From NCBI GenBank assembly GCA_013265495.1, contig MU057597.1, forward strand, positions 684,207-748,206: a stretch of 64,000 nt of DNA. Reading direction: 5' to 3'. Shown piece after piece: positions 1 to 11,066 of this stretch (its first letter is position 1; each line of letters begins with the position of its first letter). Source of the stretch: Vicugna vicugna. Lineage: Eukaryota. The translations under genes were made by a program, and so were the position numbers. The notes beneath the pieces were generated by a model. That model had not been told where the DNA came from. It ran no database searches and worked only from the letters and a program-made list of their open reading frames with translations.

Positions 1-2999
1 AAAAACATTAGCCACCGGGCACTTGTTAAAATTGGTAAAGAAAAAATGAAAATAACTTTACAAAAGGAAAAAAAATACAATAAAACATTTAATTAAAAAA
101 TAAGTAAAAGAAAAAAAGGGGAAAAAATTGGTAAAGAAGACTTTATTCAATTTCTTTTTTTTAAATAGTTTTTTCCATCCTTTTTTTTTTTTTGGTGGAG
201 AGGGGAGGTATTTAGGTTTATTTATTTATTTGTTCGTTTTTAGAAGAGGTAGTGGGAGTTGAACCCAGAACCTCATGCATGCCAGGCATGTGCTTTACCA
301 CTTCAGCTGCACCCACCCCCTCAATTTCTTGTAATGAGCTATAATGGAAAAGAAATTGAAAAAATATATATATATGTATGTATGTTGATGTATAACTGAA
401 TTGCTATGCTGTACACCTGAAACTAACATTGTAAATCGACTACACTTCAATAAAAAAAATAAGAATAATGATTTTTTAAATGTTTAAAGGAAGACTTTAT
501 TCAGGGCACATGAGTAGGAGTTGTGGCCATTACCATAGGGGGTGAGATTGAGCGTAACTCCAAATACATAAAGGAGCAAGGGAGCCATAGCCAACAGTAA
601 AGGGAGGGGTTGGTGGGTGGAAAATTACTAGAGGAGATGTCTTGGGTGGGGAGTTTTTACTCAGTGGCTTAACAGGATTCTTACTAAAGGCAGGCCAAGG
701 ACTTAGACATCAAGGCAGTAGCAAGAGGAACTTGATCAGCCATCAGGAGTTATCAGATGTCAAGGGTGGGGGTCTACTTTGTAGCCATAGTCTTTGTTAA
801 GGCTGGACTGGATGGACCGCAGGCAGGTCAAGGGCCAAGGTCAAGGCCTAGCTAAGAGGCCTCAGGGAAAGCTGACTGAAGTCTGGTCCAAGAGAGAGTC
901 TTGGTTAAGTATTGTCCAGGAGAAAGAAATGTTCCTCTACCTTTCTAGGTCCTGGCCAGTCCAAGAATGAAATTTGACATCAGGCAGGTTAACAGGAGAA
1001 AATCAAATAAAGGTTGAGTAATGTGTATACATGGGGGAGACCCAGGAAGGCAGAGGAACTTGCCGAAAGGGCCAAAAACTGTCCTTGTAAAAGCCATCTT
1101 CAGTTAAAGACAAAAAAGGATGCCGAGGCTAGGGGTTTGGGATGTCAAAGGGGAGGAGGGCAATTGACATGGAGATGGAGAAGGATAAGTTTGGTGAACA
1201 AATGTTTGCTGGGCCCTGCAGAGGCGGGGCTCTGGTCTCCAGGCCCTGCCAGCTTTCCCAGGCTCCCCCTGCCACGTGTAGCCCATATTCTTTGCACACA
1301 TCCCTGGTGGCAGCTCTATTATTCCAGGAGCAGGCCTTCTACCTAAATTCTTTAGGAAGTTAGGGGAAGGTCAAATGTTCTTGCGGAGTCTTTGGGGCCT
1401 CTGTTATGTTCTGCTCCAAATAATCCACATGCCAAAGAGACACATTTTGGGGTGGCCAGTTTTGCTCCCCTGCAGGGCTCAGGGGAGCCAGACTAAAGTC
1501 TGGTCAAGGAGAGAGACTTCATCACTACATCAGCATGTCCCCTTGAAATGTGATGAAAATGGCATTTATGTGTGCGGACTTCCTCCCCAAAACCCATGAC
1601 CCAGTCTTATCACAAGAAAAACAAGAGACCCATCCCAGCTGAGGCACATGCTATGAAATACCTGACCAGAATGTCTCAAAGCCGTCCAGGGTATCCACAA
1701 TAAGGCATAGCTCAGTGGTAGAGTATGTGCTTAGCATGGGGACCTGGGTTCAATCCCCAGATCCTCCATTAAATAAATAAACAAACCTAACTTACCCTAC
1801 ACAAAAAAGAATTCAATTTTTAAAAAATGTTTGAAAAATAGAGAAACTTAAAAATATATATAAGGAAAGTCTGAGAAACCATCACGGCTGAACAGAGCCC
1901 GAGAAAACATGACAAGTACATGTAATGTGGTGTCCTGGATAGGAACCTGGAATAGATTAAAAAAAAACAAAACTAAGGAAATCTGAATAAACTATGGGTT
2001 GCAGCTAATAAAGATATTGCCGTACGAATGTACTAATAAGGGAAAAGGAGGAGGTATAATGAGAACACTGTGTAATATCTTTCCAGTTTTTCCGTAAATA
2101 AATTAAAAGTTTTTTTTAAATAAAGTTTACTTTAAAATTAACAGTTTATTTTTTAAGGTAAAGGTTTATTTTAAAAGTAAAAGTTTTAAAGTTAAAAGTT
2201 CTATTGTTTACAAAATAGAAACAGACTCATAAACATAGAAAACAAACTTATGGTTACCAGTGGGGAAGGAGGATGGGAAGGGATAAATTGGGAATTTGAG
2301 ATTTGCAGGTATTAACTACTATATATAAAATAGATGAACAACGAGGTCTCACTGTATAGCACAGGGAACTATCTTCAATACCTTGTAGTAACCTATAATG
2401 AAAGAGAATATGAAAAGGAATATATATATGTATGACTGAAACATTACGCTGTACACCAGAAATTGACACAACATTGTTAACTGACTATACTTCAACTGTT
2501 TTTAAGTTGAAAGTTTTAAATTAAAAGTTTTATGCAAAAATTAAAATTAAAAGTTTATTTTTTAAAAATGTTCTGGCTTGGTAATTTCTTAGAAACCCAA
2601 AGAATGGGAGCCTGTCCCTCTCCCCAGCCCCATTTCTAAGGCTTTCCGAGTAAATAGAATTAACTCCGCCATTATTAACAGATGTACGCCTACTCTTTGT
2701 GTTTATTGAGATTCAAAACACTCTCTAAAACAGCTCAGCAAATCTCATTCTTTGCACTGAATGGGGGTCTGCCTGTTTCCCCCAGTTCCTGTGGAGGGAG
2801 GAGTTCTTGCCTCCAAGTCCCCGTTTCCCTTTCAGATTCCCCCCTGCCACCCGCCCCCGTTGCCTTTTGCTTTTGCATCAATTTCCCCAGCTCTGACCCA
2901 CCCCACTTCAGTCTTTCCGTTTGTCCTACAGGTTGCATTTGTAGTTTTGAGAATAATGACCTTCACTTTGGTCCTGGACCCAGACTTTTTTTTCTACTT

Positions 3000-3093
3000 C
3001 TTCACCAATTTGCATGTCATCCTTGTGTGGTGGCCATGCTAATTGTCTCTGTATCATTCCAATTTTTAGTATATGTGCTGCTGAATTGAGTAC
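3000..3093 (-). pseudogene. U6 snRNA retro-pseudogene with A-tail
   Basis: Reverse complement reads GTACTCAATTCAGCAGCACATATACTAAAAATTGGAATGATACAGAGACAATTAGCATGGCCACACACAAGGATGACATGCAAATTGGTGAAG, a diverged U6. It is followed by an A-run (T-run at 2985-2993 on +). Confidence 0.9.
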
Positions 3094-3761
3094 TGCCCAG
3101 CCCAGTCTTAGCAAAGAATCCTGCTAAATTATTTCCCCCACCCTTCATATCTGATCACCTCTGACATCTGACCATCAAGTACCCGTGCCTCCACTTAATG
3201 TCTGAGTCCTTGACCTGCCTTAAACCTGAATCCTGTTGGACTCATTGAGTAAGAGACCTCCCACCTTTATAGTGGTTTTCCATCCACTCACCCCTGTGAA
3301 GTGATCTACGCTTGGTGGCAAATTCCCATTTCTCATTACAATTGCAGGTGCAGTCAAGTCTGCCCCCTACTGAGACAGTCTTGACCCTGATGGAGTTTGG
3401 GAAATGCCACCCCAAATTATGCTGCTCTGGTGTATTGACTATTTTGCGTGAAAGGCGCCTGAAACGCTGCAAATACAGGAAAACTCTCTGACCTGCCATT
3501 TTTTTTTTTTAGAAGAGGGAGATAAATTCCCTGATGAATGGTGTCATCCCTATTCAGAAGAAAAGCTACATTCTTGTCATCAAGCAAGAGAAACAGATGG
3601 AGAGAAAGCGGGGCTGATCGTATGATGTCACTTATATGTGAATCCAAAAAAACTACACAAGTGAGCTTATTTACAAAACTGAAACGGACTCACAGACGTA
3701 GAAAATAAATTTATGGTTACCAAAGGGGAAAGAGGTGAGGGAGAGAGACACACTACTCTAT

Positions 3762-4180
3762 GCCAACTAAAAATTGGCACTTGCCGTCTGCCTCTACAAA
3801 AATTAAATCAGGAACCACTGCAGTCACTGACCTTCAACACTCCCTGAAAGGTGTTCAGAGTGGAGGTCAGGAATGTGGCGCCCTGTGCTCTGGGAAAACT
3901 GGCAGAACGGGCCTTCAGAAAGTTAAGATATTTTCAGGAGAAGATTTTATGAGCCCAAATTCTTGCATCTCCTCATACCTAGAAAGGCACTAAAATCATT
4001 AAAGGTGACATCTGCTCCTCGTGACTAGCAGCCATGCTCTGTCTAAATGTGTGCTTGACTGCACATACCTCCTTCACTAAAATCATATATAATACTGACC
4101 TTCCCCCTGCCTCTTCAGAGAAGTTCCTCAAAGCTGTCTGAAGTGCTCTCTCCCAGGCATTTTGCCCCAAATAACTTTCA
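3762..4180 (+). mobile_element. ERV LTR fragment (same family as 40316-40782)
   Basis: Begins TGCCAACTAAAAATTGGCACTTGCC and aligns by eye along its length with 40316-40782. The 3' end is interrupted by an L1 3' fragment. Confidence 0.7.
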
Positions 4181-7100
4181 ATTTTCAGGCTACATTTCTT
4201 TTTTTCAATTGAAGTATAGTCAGCTTCCAATGTTGTGTCAATTTCCGGTGTACAGCATAATGCTGCAGTCATACATATACATACGTATATTCCTTTTCAT
4301 ATTCTTTTTCATTATAGGTTATTGCAAGATATTGAATATATCCCTCCCCAGCCTTTCCCCTTTGATAAGCATCGTTTGTCCCTTTGTGTATGAGTCTGAT
4401 TTTGGTTGTAAATAGAGTTTGTATTTTTTTTTTTTAGATTCCTCCTGTAAGTGATATCATATGATATTTGTCTTTCTCTGCCTGACTTACTTCACTCAGT
4501 AGGACCATCTCTAGGTCTATCCATGTTGCTTACGTCACAGTATTAAATCGTGGAGGTGTTGGGCACACAGGTAAGCAAACTAGGCACCTGGGACACCCGG
4601 GTGCCCCTGAGAAGGTTCCACCTATGCTGGAGACTGTCTTTCCTTCCCCCACTTTTCCTCCGTAACCTCATCACAAAGCAGTACATTCAGATTAAAAGGT
4701 AAGAATCCTTTTAATGAAAATAATTATCACCCATCCCCCCACCCTGCCCCAGGCTGTAGTTAAATGTTGAAGGTAGAATTCAGTACATAAAAGGATTTCA
4801 AAAACTGTGGAGGATTAAAAAAAAAAAGAGAGAGAGAAAGAAAGAAAAAAAACCTATTCTTATTGGTATGGAGAAGACCAGCCAGATAATGCTAAGAACT
4901 GGGTGGGGAGGGTGGAGAGTCCAGGGTGATTGTAATGACAACAAGGTCTGCTGATTTGCAAATGAGGGCCTTTCAGTGCTGCAGGAAGACTTTCTGATTA
5001 AGCAAACCCCTTTCTTCTAGTCCCAACCCCCACCCAGCCCCGCAAGCTATCAGATTTTAAGTCTTGGAATTTCTGTATCCAAATAAAGGGGGGAAAAAAA
5101 GCAGCTTCTTAAGAAAGATATTAGAGGCAATGTGAATTAGTAGTTAATAAATCAATCACACATCAGAATGCTGTGAAAAAATCAGAAAAAAAATACCCAG
5201 CTAATAAAGACATTATTTTGAGATTTCAACTAGCATGTTAAATTACCGAAGTAACAAAGGCTAGACCAAGCAAATATGTCAGCTTAGAGGAACAAAAGGA
5301 TGAGGGCAGGACATCTTCGACTGTCTCACCACAGATGTCAGGCATCACTAGAAAAATATCAAAAAGGATCTTTTACATTAAAATTACTTAAAATCATCTT
5401 TGAATGTAAGTCTTTGTTTAATGTTCCTTAAATTCAGTTGCATTAATAGTTTCCCTCCCCCTCGTTGGGTCTTTACTGTGTGCTGGTTTGGGGGTGGGGA
5501 ACATATGTGATTAAGACAAGCCATTGTCTCCCCAGGGAGCTAAACCCAAAAGAAAAAAAAATTGTGACAAATAATTGAACTGGGAAGCAAGTTATTAGAC
5601 CAACAAAAATGCTAAGCACGTGAAATGTGCCATCCAAAGGAGACAGAGAGAGGGGGAAGGCATAGCTCAGTGGTAGAGTCCATGCTTAACATGCACAAGG
5701 TCCTGGGTTTAATCCCCAGTACTTCTATGTTTTTAAAAAAGGTGGGGAGTGAGTGGAGAATGCTTTAGAGGACTTAATCTGGAGGTTCAGGGGAGATGAC
5801 TTTAGTGTTAGAGGAAAGATATGTAGGGGTCAGTCCAGCATCCAATGTGCTGCATGGGTGAAAAGGGCAGGGAAAGAAAGCTGTCTGTGGCTGAGAAAAT
5901 AGCAAACACAGGAAAGTAATGGGAAGAACCTTGCTGGGCCTGGGGACATATTAGCGAATTGGGGGTCCAGGGGTGATGCGAGAGGAGTGGACAGGTTAGA
6001 TCTGAGTCTGGACAAGCTCAGCAGGTGCCAGGTCATAAACACTGCCCGCCAGCAACCTTGACCAGGATCGAAGTAAGAATGTGGAGCCTGGACTTCTACA
6101 CCGGGGTTCCATTCCACTTTGTCTGGCCCTGTTTTCTTGGGCAAATCACATCATCTCAGTTCTTCCAAACGCAGAGAATATTGGAGGGCTTAACACGCAT
6201 TCGCAGAAGACGTCGGAAATAAATATCTTCATGCTTAGCAAAGCTGTTCTCAAAAAGCTTCCTTGTTGCGCTGTTCATAAATTATCCTAAATTTGTAAAA
6301 ACTCAAAATGTCTGACAGTAGGGGGTTAATGAAATTACAGTAAAAGCACACTCTGCATCGCCATTCCACCATTAAAACACATTAACTTAAAGAACAAAAA
6401 AGAAAACACGACAAATACACCAAACACATTTATTTTCCAACTACTTTATATTTAATGAAATTCATCCAACCATCCTTAGCATGTTCTATGTTTTTTTAAT
6501 GGGAGGAGGAGGTAACTAGGTTTATTTATTTATTTACTTTTTAGTGGAAGTACTGGGGACTGAACCCAGGACCTCGTGCGTGCTAAGTACACACTCTACT
6601 CCGAGATACACCCTCCCGCTTTAGCATGTCCTGTGGGCTTCAGTTACTCCTTGTCCAAGATTTGTCATAGGGAGACTTTTAAATAAGCCCGCAGAACTCA
6701 AAAATATGTATACATTAAATAAAACTGTGCACATTTTTAAAAGCTATTGACAACTGTTTGAGAAATATTATTCTAATATTCATGGTGGTTGAAACATATT
6801 TTAAATACTTTTTAATAGACTATTGGATTTAAAGAGCACAGAAGTGTTCCCAACAGAAATGCTTATATAAATATGCAGAGGTTGAGATCAAATAATGTGA
6901 ACAGCAATTATATGTGTTTGTGGGGTTTTTTTCCTGCCCATCATCACCCTGCTTCTCGATCATAGCTTCTCGGCTTTGGTATGATTCACGTTTGGGGCCA
7001 GGACAATTCTTCATTGTGAGGGGCTGTCTGCACTGAACAGGATTCCACTCCCCCATCCCAGCTGTGACCACACCAAAGTCTCCAGACATTGCCAAATAAC

Positions 7101-7399
7101 CCCTGGGAAGGAAAAAAAAGAACCACCCTCAGTTGAAAACCACCATTCTAGAGTCTAACACCCAAGGCCTATTCACCCCACTCACCCCCATAAACTCGCA
7201 AAGTGCCTTCTGTGTCTTATTTGCTCAGTAAATGCCACAAATAGATATTACATGTGAATAGTTGTTGAATGAATAACTGAGCCTCCGGGAGCGGGAATTA
7301 CTATCTTCTGGGTACTTCTCTGCATTTTCCCCAGTTTGTTTACAATTACTTTGCTCTGATGGTATAAATAATGAAGGAGTCGGATAGTTGAAAAAAAAA

Positions 7400-7581
7400 A
7401 TTTTGAGGGTGGGTCTGATCCAGAAGGGGGCAGGGTGGGTCTGGGCGGAGACCAGTGGAGGGGAGTGGATTCTGGAATGAATGGGTCTTTGGCTTATATA
7501 ATAGGGCCCAGCAGCTGCCGGAGGCCTTTACCTGCAGAGAGGAGTAGTGTTCCTGGCTGACTCCCCTTTCGCCTTGTAAGT
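7400..7581 (+). promoter_or_regulatory. Probable promoter and first exon of the miR-371~373 primary transcript
   Basis: TATATAA at 7495-7501, GC box GGGCGG at 7443, two GGGTGGG (KLF/SP-type) at 7407 and 7433, TGGAATG (TEAD-type) at 7473 and a GTAAGT donor at 7576. It lies ~770 bp upstream of the first hairpin. Confidence 0.55.
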
Positions 7582-8266
7582 ATTGGCTGCACTTTTTATA
7601 TCCTTTTAGCTTTTGCCCTTTGATGACTAACCTTCTCTACTGGGTTCTGGTATGCCACTGGGAGGCTTGGCACCCTGAACTTTTTCCTCTTGTGTGTTTC
7701 CATGAATTTGCCCCTATCTGCCACGTGGTCTGCTCTGCTCTCCCGCTTGGGTTCTTGGATAAGGGAGCTTTATGGGTGGGGGTGGGGGGTTTTCCTTGGA
7801 TATCTAAAGCAGGGAAGCCTCGGTCTTCCTACGTCTATTGTGGACCATTTCAAGTCACATCTTTTAATCATAACTTTTTTTGTGTGTGGGGGCCTAGAGG
7901 AGGTACTGGGGATTGAGCCCAGGACCTCATGAATACGAAGCATGTGCTCTACCACTTAAACTATATTCTCCCCTCTAAAGTCAGATCCTGTAAGTTTGGT
8001 GTTTTTACCTGTTTAGTGTGAGGACACCCCACAGTCCAGAAGTATAGTTGAACTCTGCCTGTGCTAAACTCAAAGTCGCTGAAAGTCTCATTAGGTATGA
8101 TCTGAGAACTCCTGTGTTGTAGACCGAATGAAAACCAGCTTGATGTCTGGTCTCTTTTAACTGCGTCTTCCGGGTTTTAGGATTAAGGTGAGTTCGTCCT
8201 GTGCCTCCCTGCCGGGAAGTCCTCCCGTGGGTGATGGCGTGGGGTCCTCATGGAACGTCTCAGCCT

Positions 8267-8334
8267 GTGGCACTCAAACTGTGGGGGCACTTTCTGTTCT
8301 CCAAAGGGGAGTGCCGCCATGTTTTGAGTGTTAC
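8267..8334 (+). ncRNA. MIR371: pre-miR-371
   Basis: Hairpin GTGGCACTCAAACTGTGGGGGCACTTTC...GAGTGCCGCCATGTTTTGAGTGTTAC. The 5p arm (8272-8291) matches recalled miR-371-5p and the 3p arm (8309-8331) is close to miR-371-3p. Syntenic with NLRP12. Confidence 0.93.
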
Positions 8335-8756
8335 CGATTGAGAAAGTAGCTCCTGTCTGGTAGGATGGTGGCCCTTGCTAGTCCTCTTGAATTCCTGGCG
8401 GCTGTGCCCAGTCCAGGCTTTCCTAGAAAGGGGCTCTCCTGGGGGCCTCACACTCATGGGGAGGTCGGTGTGGTGTCGCAATACAATCTGACGCTTAGTC
8501 AGCATGGAGGGCCCCACCTGGAGAACGGCTGGTAGGGTTGTAAACTTAGGCATTTCAGGAATGGTTTGTCATCCCGCCCGTGTGAAGCTCACTCCCACAG
8601 CAATAGTGTGCTGCGAATTGAACATGCGGTATCTTGTTACTAAATATGTACTGCTTGCTTTCAGGCATAGGTAAACAGCAATCTAGATTCAGGCTGCAGG
8701 AGCCAGGTTGCATCACCAGGATGAACGTTCAGGAACAAGTTCCAACAACTCAGACC

Positions 8757-8824
8757 GGGGTACTCAAAATGGGAGTGCTTGCCGTTAATTTTGGACTGGA
8801 AAGTGCTTCCATTTCGAGTATCAC
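8757..8824 (+). ncRNA. MIR373: pre-miR-373-like (miR-290/371 family, AAGUGCU seed)
   Basis: GGGGTACTCAAAATGGGAGTGCTT...GGAAAGTGCTTCCATTTCGAGTATCAC. The arms pair, 5p ACUCAAAAUGGG resembles miR-373-5p, and 3p AAAGUGCUUCC carries the ESCC seed. Confidence 0.85.
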
Positions 8825-10978
8825 TGTTTGGGGAAAGCGTCCTAGGAACTTGTTTGGAAATGGGATTTTTGAGGAAAGAACTAACCATTCTCTCTAGACT
8901 GCTGTTCTAACCTGCAGATCCTGGATCTGAGCTGCGACGTTTCCTGCCTCCAGCCAGCCCTGCTTCAGATTGGTCCCCACAATCCATGATGGCAAAAGCC
9001 AATTCCTTAATATCCTGTTGCTACTTTTCTGAATCCAGTGGCTTTGTATACTGACAACACCCCTTAGTTTGAAAGTCAAGGGGAGAGTGTCATCTCTGTC
9101 CTGAACAGGTTTTTCTTCAAATTGCAGGGTTTGTCCTTATACTTGGTTTTAGCTAAATGTGACAATACATAATTACCACCCCCTAGATTTTCCCAGTCGA
9201 ATATACTGTGTGGTGTTTAACTTCGATCCTTAAGTCTGTCCATTTATCTGAGCACCAGCGTATACTGAGCTCGGCGTGGTTACAATAGCATGCCCCATGT
9301 GTGGGTTCATATTTCCAGTAAATTACCTACTCCAGTGGGTCAGTCTATGCGAGTAGAGGGGTTCTTGTAGAGGGGCGGGGCAGTGGGCAGGGCTCTGTGC
9401 CTCCTGAACACTTGGCTTTTTCTCTAGGCAGGACAAGAAAATCTTGTTTCCCTCCGATATTGGGGCCCCTTACCACTATTAGCTAAATGCATGGGTTTGG
9501 GTTTAGGAAAATAAGGCCCTGAGACGCCTATCTTTATGGGGCCATTGCCTAACTCAGCATTTGCAGTTTTCCAGATTCTTGGCGTAAGTCGTTTCCTGTT
9601 CCAGGAGGACTTTGCTTACAACTGGATTTGGGGGATGCTGCAGCCTTGCATCAGTATTGGCCATTTTTCCTCCAGCCCCAATTGACCCCTTTTAATAAAC
9701 TGAATGTTCGGTCGCTCCTGGTCCATGTCTGTTCTTTGGGAATGGCAAGGAGGTTGTGGGTATAGACTTGAAATAGTGATTCACAATTTCTACACTCCAT
9801 TTACAGAAACTCCATTTATAGAAGTTGGCTGTTTGTATATAATGGAGGAATTTGAACATCACTTGTGGGTGTCCTATCTCTTTACAAACTCCCCGGTGGC
9901 CCCTCCCCACGCTATTCCAGCTCCCGGGCCATTAAGTGACCAGCAAATTCAAGCCCTGGGAACTATGTTGTTGCTAGTTAATATATTATACTGTGAAACC
10001 AGAAAATCTACCTTTAAGGGGCATGCTCTGCATTCATACCCACAGATTTCATTAACCCCGATGCAGACTAAGGGTTGAAGTGGGGGTCAGCCTTAAAGAG
10101 CCTGGCCCAATTAGGGGTTTGTGGAAAGCTGTTGCAGAAGCTGTTCAAGGTGGGGTGGGCTCGGGCTCTGAGGCTTGGGAAGCCAAGGGCTCTGTACCTA
10201 ATATTTATTGGGTTCATAGTGGTTGTGTGCATAGCCAGGATATTGATGGCCACGGGAATGAGGTCCTCAGGGACTGGGCTTAACCAACCAACATCTTTAG
10301 GTTACAATATCGCAAAATCTTAAAATACTGCTTCATAACGCTGGCTCTTCCAGATAGCTTCAGCCCGGTAGGCTCATGCTGTCCTGAAGTTTTCCACCAG
10401 TCATTGACATAGCCTGAAGTTTCCTGGTTCACGCCTTCAGTGAAATGGTGTGGGTCAGCCTGCAGGTTTCAACCACCGTCCTGGCTCCGGCCAGGGCGAC
10501 CAGAGTTAAGGTGCAAAAACAAGGTTGCAAGGGGGGTTGGTGTGGCAATTGTTCAAAGTTGCACCGGCCTTCCAAACTGTCCCAATAATTGAGAATAAGG
10601 TTACTCAGCTCCTGCACAGCTGGCATGTAAGCTAAACGCTTTGTCGTTGGGGGCTGTCTTAGGCATTTTAAGACATTTATCCTCTTCCCACTAGACACAA
10701 GTAGCTCCCCCACACCAACATCCTCTGACACTGCCATGTTCCCCAGTGGGGACACGAAAATGGCCCTCAGTTGTGAGCTGCTCTAGAATCTGGCCCTGCC
10801 CTGAATTCTCTCCAGGGCACCAACATTCCCAGACCTAAACCTCCAAGCTCCGTAGACCCTCAAGCAGCAAGGGTTATCCTGCAGCGGATTTTCTCTTGAA
10901 GAGCTGGATTGTTGGTTAGCGAGTCCCGGGATGATCCTCCTCCACCCTGACTGCAAGGGAAGCAGCCGATGGAACCAT

Positions 10979-11066
10979 TCAGCAGCCAATGTCCAAGTAA
11001 GGTTTCATTACTCGAAGTGCTGCCAGACTTCTGTGGGTCACTTTATTCAGGTCTATTCCAAATAAC
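10979..11066 (-). CDS. NLRP12: NLRP12 exon 10 (terminal)
   Basis: [28 protein letters not shown], after acceptor cctcag. Confidence 0.92.

Noticed and set aside
11015..11021. AGCACUU seed match for the neighbouring miRNA in NLRP12 last exon
   Set aside because: A single 7-mer inside the CDS is expected by chance, and the two genes are known from different cell types.
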